Origin: an uncultured archaeon
GTDB taxonomy: Archaea > Asgardarchaeota > Heimdallarchaeia > Heimdallarchaeales > Heimdallarchaeaceae
DNA length: 17,132 nucleotides
NCBI GenBank assembly: GCA_964549075.1
Contig: CAZJUB010000007.1
Location: forward strand, 39,014 to 56,145
Reading direction: 5' to 3'
Each line of letters starts with the position of its first letter. Position 1 is the stretch's first letter. The notes beneath the pieces were generated by a model. That model worked only from the letters and a program-made list of their open reading frames with translations, was not told the DNA's origin and ran no database searches. The position numbers and the translations under genes were made by a program. Positions 1 to 8,602 of this stretch are shown in pieces.

Positions 1-33
1 GGTATTTTGTGAAAACTTTCTCCTAATACCCAA
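1..33 (-). CDS. Possible 5' end of a CDS running off the left edge (MGIRRKFSQNT...)
   Basis: On the minus strand, TTG at 33 is preceded by AGGTG (SD-like) and a TTTTAAG box near 67-73. The frame is open to position 1, but only 11 codons are visible. Confidence 0.25.
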   Translation of the reverse strand, partial: MGIRRKFSQNT

Positions 34-177
34 TATTTACACCTATTAACCTAGTTGTAGACTATTCTTAAAAGCAGATTAATACAGCAATAACATTAGG
101 GTAATACTACATACCGTTAATAATGAAAAAATTGATCGTAAAATAAAATAAAAAGAGTTTTTGATTTTGTTAAATTG

Positions 178-1140
178 CTAGAATTTCCATGGATCTCTAA
201 CATATACTGGAGCGCTAGCAGCACCTCTTTTGACTATAACATTAGCTAACTCTAAAGAATCAACTATTTCTCTAAATCTATTTCTTAATGTTACTGGTGT
301 TGTTTTTGCAACCTTAGCAACTTGTTGTTGTGTTCTTCTCTCTCCAGTTCTAATACCGGCAATATAAATTGCAGCTGCTGCAACACTTAAGGGATTTTTA
401 CCCATGTCCAATCTTCTAGATTTACTTTCTTCAAGAATTTTGAGTGCTTCGTTTTGTGTTGCTGTTGTTAGTTCAAGCTCACTGCATAATTTTGCTAATA
501 AAACTGCTGGATCAATTGGTGTTGGTTTAATATTCAATTCTTGAACATATAATCTGAAGCATCTCGCAATAACTTTCCTGTCAGCTTTAATGTGTTTTTC
601 AATATCCTTCAAAGTTGTTGGATTGTTGTATTGCCTTGCAGCGATATAAATAGCTGCTGCGACCATCGATTCGATGCTTCTTCCCCTAATTAAATCAGCT
701 TTCAAAGCTTTTCTATAAGTAGTAGCAGATGCTTCAGCTATTTCTTCACTTAACTCAAGCTGACTTACAATCCTTCTTAATTCGCGTAATGCAATTCTCA
801 GATTTCTGATTTGAGATCTTGAATCTCTTCTGTTCAACCATCGTAATCTTCGCATTTTTGCCATTACATTTGGATCCAATTTCTTGCCAAAAATATCTAT
901 GTTACCAAAACTAATCTGAGATGAAACACCATAATCAGATTTCAATGCAGATACAGGAGCACCTGTTCTACTTCTATTGGCTTTCTCCTCCCCAGTAAAA
1001 GCTCTCCATTCGGGAGAGGTATCAATTAATTTAGAGACCACTAATCCACAGTTGCTACAAATAGATTCACCACGAGTATAATCATTAATTATCTCACTGG
1101 AATTACAATTGGGACAGCGTTCTTCACTCACACTACTCAC
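178..1140 (-). CDS. tfb: Transcription initiation factor IIB (TFB), divergent copy
   Basis: N-terminal Zn ribbon CPNC...CSNC, B-reader IDTSPEWRAF, RSRTGAP, and two cyclin repeats (LIRGRSIESMVAAAIYIA; GKNPLSVAAAAIYIA). C-terminal HTH RTQQQVAKVAKTTPVTLRNRF. Confidence 0.96.
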   Translation of the reverse strand: MSSVSEERCPNCNSSEIINDYTRGESICSNCGLVVSKLIDTSPEWRAFTGEEKANRSRTGAPVSALKSDYGVSSQISFGNIDIFGKKLDPNVMAKMRRLRWLNRRDSRSQIRNLRIALRELRRIVSQLELSEEIAEASATTYRKALKADLIRGRSIESMVAAAIYIAARQYNNPTTLKDIEKHIKADRKVIARCFRLYVQELNIKPTPIDPAVLLAKLCSELELTTATQNEALKILEESKSRRLDMGKNPLSVAAAAIYIAGIRTGERRTQQQVAKVAKTTPVTLRNRFREIVDSLELANVIVKRGAASAPVYVRDPWKF

Positions 1141-1160
1141 TCTATCATTTGATACACATG

Positions 1161-1175
1161 AGCTTATATAAAGCT
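1161..1175 (-). promoter_or_regulatory. TATA box of tfb embedded in the palindrome AGCTT-ATATA-AAGCT
   Basis: The minus strand reads AGCTTTATATAAGCT. TTTATATA lies about 25-32 nt upstream of the GTG start, consistent with a leaderless or short-leader archaeal transcript. Confidence 0.6.
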
Positions 1176-1325
1176 AACTAAATAAAATACGACAGAGGGC
1201 GTCTAATCCCAAAATTTGATATATAAGAAAACTTTTGTTTAATAAAACGATTTGTTTATATATTGTTTATCTGATAAGGTTATTTCAGTTTAATGCAAGT
1301 AAAATAATAGTAGAAATAGTAATGA

Positions 1326-3215
1326 TTAACTATTTCTTTTTATTTTTTTGTTTCTTACAACATAACCTATCAACATTACTGAAAAGATTGCTGATATAAT
1401 CGCATAAGGAGTTGGTGTTATAGTTGTTTTTTCAGGTAGAACTACAGTATAAGTTATTGTAACATTTATTTGATTTCCTGCTTTGTCTTCAGCCATGACT
1501 GTAATAACATAAGTTCCACTTTCCATGTAATTGTGATAAACAAAAGTATCTCCTGTAGCGTTTTGAACTGTTCCATCATCCCAGAAGACCCACACTCTAA
1601 ATATACCAGTATAGTCGTCAGTATAATCCAAATAGAGTTCAACATATCCATCAGTAATGTCAGTGTTATTGTTGGTGTGTTTGAAAATAGTTAAAGTTGG
1701 GGGATTAAAATCTAAATAAATTAGAACACTAACTGAATTGTTGACTAATATAGGTGCTTGTGTTTCACGAATGATATTAACAGTAACATTCAAAGTCGCA
1801 TTGTATTCAACAGTAGTTTCTGGATAGACATGATAGGTTATATTATCTGCACCATCACCAAGAGTCTCAATCGGTGAGCCATCATCAAAGTCAAGAGTTG
1901 CTTCAACTATCTCACCCCTAGCTATTTCAGCAGTATACCAGAAAGTAATATTATTACGGTTTAAGTAGGATTTATTAATTGGATAAAGAGATAGCGTTGG
2001 TTTAGAATCTTGAATTATGACCTTATGCATCAGTCCAAGTGTTTCATTATAGAGTTCTCCGTAATAGATATTATAAGCTTCATAACATAGGACATTTCCA
2101 GCTGATAAACTACCAATAGACACAAGATATTCCCTTACTGTGTCATTGTAGCCAAATACATTTTCTTCAGAATAAGTTTGGTTTAGTATCCCTTCGATTT
2201 CTGTCCAAGGTATTATTCGAGTATCATTATATGAACTCTCTTGAACATAGTAGTTGATACCAAAAGTTTCTGATTCTGTTGTATTAAATGTTGTAATGTT
2301 GAATCTGATATTATCTACATCGGTAAGAGTATCGCCTAAAGTTATTTGGGAGTAGAAATCATAACCATTGTAGATAGCTCTAATTCCTAGTAGGTTAGAA
2401 TGAAGCTGATTTTGAGATCCCCACGAATCCCAGCCATAAGAATTGTTTGCGCAGAAATAAAGTGTTCTTACAGAAAAATCAATTGTTGCATTAAATTCAA
2501 CATAAGTTTCAGATTCAGCAGAAAAATTCATTTGAATAACGCTAAGTGAACCATCAAAAACATTCACTGAGGCATTCGTTATTATATCTCTATAGACAGA
2601 TGTAACTAAAGTAACAATATCTGTCGGACTTCCGCCATATACTCTATAAGATACGACTATAGGTTTAGTTGTATCATTTGCAGATGCTCTATATATGCCA
2701 TTGGCACCGGTAGTTGCAACATTATCAATATCACTGAACTCTGGTGGAGTTCCATCTTCATTTACATATAGATAATGCCATGCATCAAGATGATTAAAAA
2801 CAGCCAAGTCTTCAAAAGTTCCATTAGAGAGATTATTTACCCAAGCATACCCTCTAAATTGTGTTAAATTTGTAAGGGTGAAAGTACCCTCATAATAGGT
2901 TAGTTCCTTAAGATTATATGAAAAATTGAGCGCTGATCCACCTGTTGGAGTAATATTTAGACCCGATCCTGAGCCATAAATGTTAACTCCATCCACTCCT
3001 GCATAACGACCAACAGAGTATTTTACAACTATTTCTGTTCCTTCATTAAAATTAATAATTGTGTTTTCTTCGTTTCCATCTGCAGTCAAACTTACAAGAA
3101 CAGGTTTAGTTGGATCTGTTGCAGCAGTTACTTTGTTATTGTTCCATTGTCCAAATCCTATTGTGATTGTAACAAGAAGAATAAGTATTAATGAATGTAA
3201 TTTTTTGTTTTTCAT
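1326..3215 (-). CDS. Membrane-anchored cell-surface glycoprotein with C-terminal PKD/Ig-like domains
   Basis: Signal peptide MKNKKLHSLILILLVTITIG and many N-x-S/T sequons. Two PKD-like motifs (LDFDDGS...YHVY; FWDDGT...HNYMESGTYVITVMAEDKAGN), then a Thr/Pro linker, TM helix and basic tail RNKKIKRNS. Confidence 0.8.
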   Translation of the reverse strand: MKNKKLHSLILILLVTITIGFGQWNNNKVTAATDPTKPVLVSLTADGNEENTIINFNEGTEIVVKYSVGRYAGVDGVNIYGSGSGLNITPTGGSALNFSYNLKELTYYEGTFTLTNLTQFRGYAWVNNLSNGTFEDLAVFNHLDAWHYLYVNEDGTPPEFSDIDNVATTGANGIYRASANDTTKPIVVSYRVYGGSPTDIVTLVTSVYRDIITNASVNVFDGSLSVIQMNFSAESETYVEFNATIDFSVRTLYFCANNSYGWDSWGSQNQLHSNLLGIRAIYNGYDFYSQITLGDTLTDVDNIRFNITTFNTTESETFGINYYVQESSYNDTRIIPWTEIEGILNQTYSEENVFGYNDTVREYLVSIGSLSAGNVLCYEAYNIYYGELYNETLGLMHKVIIQDSKPTLSLYPINKSYLNRNNITFWYTAEIARGEIVEATLDFDDGSPIETLGDGADNITYHVYPETTVEYNATLNVTVNIIRETQAPILVNNSVSVLIYLDFNPPTLTIFKHTNNNTDITDGYVELYLDYTDDYTGIFRVWVFWDDGTVQNATGDTFVYHNYMESGTYVITVMAEDKAGNQINVTITYTVVLPEKTTITPTPYAIISAIFSVMLIGYVVRNKKIKRNS

Positions 3216-3305
3216 ATATCTTCACTTGAGTGTTGCTTGGTAGTGGTATTTAAAACTATTTTTAAGCTTTATTTCTAATGATTTTTTGATTCTGCTAGAT
3301 TCAAA

Positions 3306-3860
3306 TTAAGTTTTATAGGTTAAGGGGTCGAATACTACAAATACAACTGAACAACCGTAGTTCTTCTGAACTTTTAAAGAAGAACTGAAAGTTTCATACC
3401 CATTTGTTCCCCAAGATTCATCTACAGTTGCTTGTCTTTCTTGTATCATTTCCATAAGACCAGCTATTGCTTCATGCTCTACTTTACTATGATCATTACC
3501 CGTTCTTTCATATGCAAGAAAGCATTTAAGTTCTTCACCATCTACTAAAGAAGTTATTCTTGCCAATGAGATACTACTACAAAGAGTATCTCCTTTTTTT
3601 CCTAACTTCAATGCTCTAACAACATAAATAACCTCACTAAATGGAACTATTTTGTGACCATTTTTAATTGGAACAAAAGTTATTCCTTTATCTTTGTGTA
3701 TTTCTGGAAAAATCTGCTCTATAGGAGGAATAGATGAGACAATCACATGATTTTGATAACCTAAACCACAGTTCATGTAAGCTTTATCCATTGCCACAAG
3801 TTCTGAGACATCAGATTCTCCGATACCAGAAGTAATCCAAAATCTTGTAGGGACACCCAT
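3306..3860 (-). CDS. pdaD: Pyruvoyl-dependent arginine decarboxylase family protein
   Basis: VPTRFWITSGIGES...AMDKAYMNCGLGYQNHVIVSSIPP resembles the PdaD N-terminus (P...F...G.GE...FD.AL..AGI...NLV.VSSI.P), including the Ser-Ser self-cleavage site. AYE is a candidate catalytic Glu. Confidence 0.75.
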   Translation of the reverse strand: MGVPTRFWITSGIGESDVSELVAMDKAYMNCGLGYQNHVIVSSIPPIEQIFPEIHKDKGITFVPIKNGHKIVPFSEVIYVVRALKLGKKGDTLCSSISLARITSLVDGEELKCFLAYERTGNDHSKVEHEAIAGLMEMIQERQATVDESWGTNGYETFSSSLKVQKNYGCSVVFVVFDPLTYKT

Positions 3861-3997
3861 AATCGTCGTGCAACATCAGTTTTTATCTTTAAATAATTGT
3901 CGGAATGGTTTGAAATCAGCTATTGTCATCGACTTTTGAAAAACTATTTAAATTGAATAAAATCCTATTTATTACCAAAATATCTTTGTTGAGCTTA

Positions 3998-5293
3998 ATG
4001 ATGGATATTAAAGAATTTTTTCAAAAAAACGATATTGAATTTATTCAATTTCAGTTTACAACTTTATTTGGGGAATTTAAATCCGTAGAATTTCCAGTAG
4101 TAATTTGGGACAAAATGAAAGATGGAACAGGAGTAGATGGGTCATCACTTGGATTTTTATCAACTGAACAAAGTGATATGAAAATTGTTCCGGATTTGAA
4201 AACTATTGCAATACTACCATGGGAACCTCGAGTTGCTAGATTTATATGTGACATATATGATGATAATGATGTACCGCACTCAACTGATCCTAGAAACATT
4301 CTCAAAAAAGTGATAAGACAAGCAAATGAATTGGGTTTTGAATATAAAACTAGACCAGAACTTGAATGGTATTTTTTGGATTATGATCTTGAGCCTTTTG
4401 AAGAAGGTCAATATATGGATACTCTTCCTTTTGACGAACTTGGATTTTTAAGAAGAGATATAGCAAACGACATGCTAGCAATGGGTGTTCAAGTCAAGAC
4501 TATACATCATGAAGTAGGAAATGCACAACAAGAGATTGAGTTGATGGTTCTTGATGCACTAGTCCAAGCAGATAATACTCAAACAGCAAAATTAATAGTA
4601 AAAGCAGAATCTCTTTTCAATGATCTTATTGGAACTTTTATGCCTAAACCTTTTCCTGAATTAGCAGGAAATGGTTTTCACATACACCAATATCTCACTA
4701 AGAATGGAGAAAATATTTTTGCTGATAAAGAGAAAGGAATAAGTGATACTCTCCGTTATTTTGTTGGTGGGATTCTGCAACATGTTGATGCGATGACTGC
4801 AATATTTAATCCTACAACTAATTCTTACAAGAGATTAGTTCCTGGACATGAAGCTCCCGTACATAAATCTTGGGGGATAGCAAATAGAACAGCGTTAATT
4901 AGGGTTCCTGGGTATGAAAAAAGTGCTAGAATCGAATTTCGAGCTACAGATGCAGCGGCAAACATCTATCTAGCTTCAGCATTACTTCTTGCAGCTGGTC
5001 TAGAGGGAATAAAGAACGAAATTGAGCCTATAGAACCAACAACAAAAAATATCGAAGAATTAACAACAGCTGAAAAGGAAAAGATGGGCATTAAAAATTT
5101 GCCAAGTAACCTTTCTGAATCTCTTGATGCTCTAGAGAAAAGTGCATTCATAAAAGAAGTTTTAGGAAAAGAATTAGTAGAGATTTTCCTCAAAGTCAAA
5201 CGAAATGAATGTAAGGAATTCGAAGCAGCTAAAGAAGAAGGAGAGGATTCAGAATGGGAATGGGAATATATTAAATACCTTGAAAGAGTTTAG
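3998..5293 (+). CDS. glnA: Glutamine synthetase type I family protein (true start probably ATG 3998 or 4001, not TTG 3923)
   Basis: Motifs DGSS, SDM..VPD, PELEWY, HHEVG..QQEI, TFMPKP, GNGFHIH, NSYKRLVPGHEAP, NRTALIRVP, RIEFR. Homology begins at MDIKEF, and a BRE/TATA-like GAAAAACTATTTAAAT at about 3938-3953 lies inside the longer ORF. Confidence 0.92.
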   Translation: MMDIKEFFQKNDIEFIQFQFTTLFGEFKSVEFPVVIWDKMKDGTGVDGSSLGFLSTEQSDMKIVPDLKTIAILPWEPRVARFICDIYDDNDVPHSTDPRNILKKVIRQANELGFEYKTRPELEWYFLDYDLEPFEEGQYMDTLPFDELGFLRRDIANDMLAMGVQVKTIHHEVGNAQQEIELMVLDALVQADNTQTAKLIVKAESLFNDLIGTFMPKPFPELAGNGFHIHQYLTKNGENIFADKEKGISDTLRYFVGGILQHVDAMTAIFNPTTNSYKRLVPGHEAPVHKSWGIANRTALIRVPGYEKSARIEFRATDAAANIYLASALLLAAGLEGIKNEIEPIEPTTKNIEELTTAEKEKMGIKNLPSNLSESLDALEKSAFIKEVLGKELVEIFLKVKRNECKEFEAAKEEGEDSEWEWEYIKYLERV

Positions 5294-5319
5294 CTTATAT
5301 TAAGCTATTTTTTTCTTTT
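5291..5319 (+). terminator. Inverted repeat plus oligo-T tract immediately after glnA
   Basis: TAGCTTA-TAT-TAAGCTA (5291-5307) is followed by TTTTTTTCTTTT. Confidence 0.55.
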
Positions 5320-5354
5320 AATAATATTATAAAATTAATTTTTTCACTAGAGAT

Positions 5355-5370
5355 AAGAAACCCTTTATAA
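5355..5370 (+). promoter_or_regulatory. BRE/TATA promoter of the RING-MazG-ABC cluster
   Basis: AAGAAACCC-TTTATAA. A GGTGA SD at 5402-5406 precedes the in-frame GTG at 5412. Confidence 0.55.
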
Positions 5371-5411
5371 GTTACGAAAACCTATATTTGATAGTTGCAC
5401 GGGTGAAGGCA

Positions 5412-7478
5412 GTGAGTTTTGAAAGGGAAGATGTCTATAATTTAGATTTTCAAGAACTAGAACTTCCAAGTGTAGCTTTAAGCAAAAGTAAAAAAACTCA
5501 GATTTTAACTCATATTTACTTATATAGAGCAATAGATATTCCCTCTTTTGCTAGCACGCATAAAATTCAAGAAGATTTAATTAAGGAGTATATTCGACTT
5601 CTGATTCAAGCTTTAATTATTAGAGGATCTTATAGAAAAGAGAGATTCATTCTTGCTTCTATCTATAGATATCCATCAATTTATCCCGGTAGATTGAATA
5701 ATCAAAGAAAATCTATTTTGGGAATAATAGCTCAGACTAAAAAAGTAGACATAAATGAAATATCAAAAATTATTAGGAAACCTAAAAATGAAATAATTGA
5801 AAATCTTTCTTTTCTTATAAGTAGAGGACTTTTGATAGGTGCTCTAAAGGATAATGAATTCATAGCAAGTTATGTTTGGAAACCTACAGAGAAAGTGAAG
5901 ATTGATACTACTGATACTTTCTTAGTTGGAACTTGTATGATTTTGCGAAATGCTGATTTGTCTAGAATTGTGAAATTAACCGGGATTTCTGAAGAGCACG
6001 TACTAGAAAGACTTACAGCATTAATGTTCCATAGAAAACTTGAAGCTAGATTTACGGTATCTAAAAGTTTACTAGGGTCTGATCAGATAATAATAAACAT
6101 TGAAAAATATCTGATCGCTCCGCGTATATTACCAGTTAGTGCTTTAACAGGAGATGAAAAAGATATAGTAGGTTTTTCTCTCATAAAAAAAGAAGTGAGT
6201 ATAAAAGAATTATCGACTTATATCGATAAAGATTTTCATGAAGTATTAAAAATTCTATCACTACTAACTGCTAGAGGAACCTTTCAATTCATATTTAATG
6301 AGAAAAATAAAATTATCCCTATAGTTTTTCCTGATTTAAAACCTACTGAGACCATAGAAGAAATGGCAACATTATCTTTGTTCAATTATGAAGCTCTATT
6401 TGGATTACTCTCGACCACAAATAAAATTTCTTTAAGAAAACTTTCTATATTAATGAATAGATCAGCTGAAGAAGTTCTAGATGGAATTATTACTTTATTT
6501 CTTGAGGGATTTGTTTCATGTACATTAAGAGGAACCACTATCATTATTGATAGTCTAAGGAGATATTCACGGGCTCAAGAAGGTACATTAGAAAGGTGGG
6601 AAAAGATAGTCTTGGGGATGGTTATAGCAAAAACGAATATTACTACCAAAGATATAGCTGAATCTTTAGGAATAGACAAATATGGTGCTAAAGAAAAAAT
6701 GTATGGATTTTATGGCAAAGGATTGATAAAAGGAACAATATCAAACAATAGTTTAGAACCAGAAGAAATCCCAATTTTCCCTCCTCTAGTTCAACTAGAT
6801 GACTTACCGATATATTACCAAGAGATTTTTGGATATATTATTGCTAACACCAGAGTGTCACTCAGAAATATCTCCAAATATTGGGAAAAATCCTTTATTG
6901 CAACTAAAAATATCATTTATGAATTAGTGGGATCTGGAATACTGAATGTCTCAATGAACAGAGTTTATGTTTACTTAAAATCACATCAAAAATATTTACC
7001 AAGTCTTGAGCTAAGAGAACTTGGTGAGATATATATTAAGGTGGTAAACGAGATTGAGAAGTCAAGAAGAAAACGGGTTAAACTTACCCATATTGCAGAT
7101 AAAGCAAAAATACCGCCTATAGATGTCTTCAAACTGATATGCCAATTAATTGCTCAAGGATTCTATACTGGAACATTGACAACTTCCTACTTCGAAATAA
7201 CAGGAAAACTCACACTACCTTCAAGAAAGAATTTGTGTTTGAATTGTGGGCATGAACTTAAATCAGCATATGAACCTTGCAGTAATTGTCAACAACTACC
7301 TCCAAAATGCTCAGTATGTCAAGGACTAGTTAAACGCGGAGATATGATAATTGAATGTCCTTCATGCAGTAATTTAGCTCATGAAGAACACATGAATCAA
7401 TGGTTAAGAATTAAACAGGAATGTCCAATATGTAAAACCAAAGTAAGCAAGAGGACATTGAAGAAATATCAAGCATAA
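5412..7478 (+). CDS. Tandem winged-helix (PCI-like, 8 repeats) protein with C-terminal Zn ribbon and RING-type finger; putative E3 ubiquitin ligase
   Basis: Eight repeats of about 70-80 aa, most ending in L..L...G...G-like motifs. Then CLNC...CSNC, then C-x2-C-x12-C-x2-C-x4-H-x2-H-x3-W-x6-CPIC. Start moved from TTG 5388 to GTG 5412 on SD and TATA spacing. Confidence 0.8.
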   Translation: MSFEREDVYNLDFQELELPSVALSKSKKTQILTHIYLYRAIDIPSFASTHKIQEDLIKEYIRLLIQALIIRGSYRKERFILASIYRYPSIYPGRLNNQRKSILGIIAQTKKVDINEISKIIRKPKNEIIENLSFLISRGLLIGALKDNEFIASYVWKPTEKVKIDTTDTFLVGTCMILRNADLSRIVKLTGISEEHVLERLTALMFHRKLEARFTVSKSLLGSDQIIINIEKYLIAPRILPVSALTGDEKDIVGFSLIKKEVSIKELSTYIDKDFHEVLKILSLLTARGTFQFIFNEKNKIIPIVFPDLKPTETIEEMATLSLFNYEALFGLLSTTNKISLRKLSILMNRSAEEVLDGIITLFLEGFVSCTLRGTTIIIDSLRRYSRAQEGTLERWEKIVLGMVIAKTNITTKDIAESLGIDKYGAKEKMYGFYGKGLIKGTISNNSLEPEEIPIFPPLVQLDDLPIYYQEIFGYIIANTRVSLRNISKYWEKSFIATKNIIYELVGSGILNVSMNRVYVYLKSHQKYLPSLELRELGEIYIKVVNEIEKSRRKRVKLTHIADKAKIPPIDVFKLICQLIAQGFYTGTLTTSYFEITGKLTLPSRKNLCLNCGHELKSAYEPCSNCQQLPPKCSVCQGLVKRGDMIIECPSCSNLAHEEHMNQWLRIKQECPICKTKVSKRTLKKYQA

Positions 7479-7486
7479 ATGTGATT

Positions 7487-7807
7487 ATGATGGAGTTAAA
7501 AGATATTCAAAATGAATTTCACGATTTTTTAAAAGAGAGAAATTGGTTAGAATTTTCAGCTGGCGATGTTCTTCTTCACCTATATGAGGAACTTGGAGAG
7601 ATTGGAGATCACTTGCTTTTCAAATCAAGATACAAAACTGAAAATGGTCATAACAAACCTAAGGAAGCGGATCTACCAAGAGAATTTGCTCAAGCATTTT
7701 CACTTTTTCTTCAATTATGTATTTATTTGGATATAGATTTAGAAAAAGCTTGGCATGAAGAGATTTCTAAAATGAAAAAGCGATTTCCTATCGATACACA
7801 AAAATAA
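7487..7807 (+). CDS. MazG-like all-alpha NTP pyrophosphohydrolase family protein
   Basis: About 105 aa with LLHLYEELGEI (EExxE), REFAQ at the usual ExxD position, and a LDIDLEKA...KRFP tail. The start is ATG 7487 or 7490. Confidence 0.75.
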   Translation: MMELKDIQNEFHDFLKERNWLEFSAGDVLLHLYEELGEIGDHLLFKSRYKTENGHNKPKEADLPREFAQAFSLFLQLCIYLDIDLEKAWHEEISKMKKRFPIDTQK

Positions 7808-7829
7808 GGTTAAATCTATAACAGAATAG

Positions 7830-8558
7830 ATGATTTCTTCTAAAAGAGATACAAAGCAAGCTAAATCAAAAACCAAGACTATAATAGCAGTATCAAATGT
7901 ATCTAAAAATTATCAAATGGGAGAGGTAGAAGTACAAGCTCTCAACTCAGTCTCGTTAGAAGTCTTAAAAGGGCAAATTGTTTCTATAGTTGGACCTTCT
8001 GGAAGTGGTAAAACAACATTATTGAATCTCATAGGTGCACTTGATTATGTAGATTCTGGAATCATAAAAATCAATGGAAAGAGACTTGATTCAATGTCTG
8101 ATAAAGAATTAAGTCTATTACGAAGAGATACTATAGGTTACGTTTTTCAAAATTTTAATTTACTTGAAGAGATTAATGCCGAAAGAAATATTGAGATGCC
8201 TTTAATTTTAGCGAACAAGAAAAAAGAAGAAAGAATGAAAAGAGTTGAGGATCTGCTAAAAAATGTGAACTTAGTTGATAGAAGGAATCACAAGCCAGAT
8301 CAGCTTTCGGGAGGAGAACAACAGAGAGTCGCTATCGCTAGATCTTTGGCTAATAATCCCCAAATCATTCTAGCTGATGAACCTACTGGAAATCTAGACT
8401 CTCATACTGGAGAAAAAATTCTAAAATTATTGATTGATTTGAGTAAAAGCAATAACAAAACACTCATTTATGTAACACATGATACAAATCTAGCTTCACT
8501 AGCCCAAAGACAACTTTTAATGAGTGATGGTCAAATTACCAAAGATCTAACTAGATAG
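7830..8558 (+). CDS. ABC transporter ATP-binding protein, LolD/MacB-type
   Basis: Walker A GPSGSGKT, Q-loop GYVFQNFNL, signature LSGGEQQRVAIAR, Walker B IILADEPTGNLD and H-loop VTHD. Confidence 0.95.
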   Translation: MISSKRDTKQAKSKTKTIIAVSNVSKNYQMGEVEVQALNSVSLEVLKGQIVSIVGPSGSGKTTLLNLIGALDYVDSGIIKINGKRLDSMSDKELSLLRRDTIGYVFQNFNLLEEINAERNIEMPLILANKKKEERMKRVEDLLKNVNLVDRRNHKPDQLSGGEQQRVAIARSLANNPQIILADEPTGNLDSHTGEKILKLLIDLSKSNNKTLIYVTHDTNLASLAQRQLLMSDGQITKDLTR

Positions 8559-8602
8559 GATTCAACTGTTTTTCTAATGAATCTTTAGGTTTGGATCAGC
8601 TT

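Noticed and set aside
1466-3243. Short ORFs 1466-1651, 1470-1694 and 3061-3243
   Set aside because: They lie in alternative or antisense frames of the well-supported PKD surface protein gene and have no recognisable motifs.
3923-3997. 25-aa N-terminal extension of glnA from TTG 3923
   Set aside because: It has no GS similarity and contains a likely BRE/TATA element. ATG 3998 or 4001 fits better.
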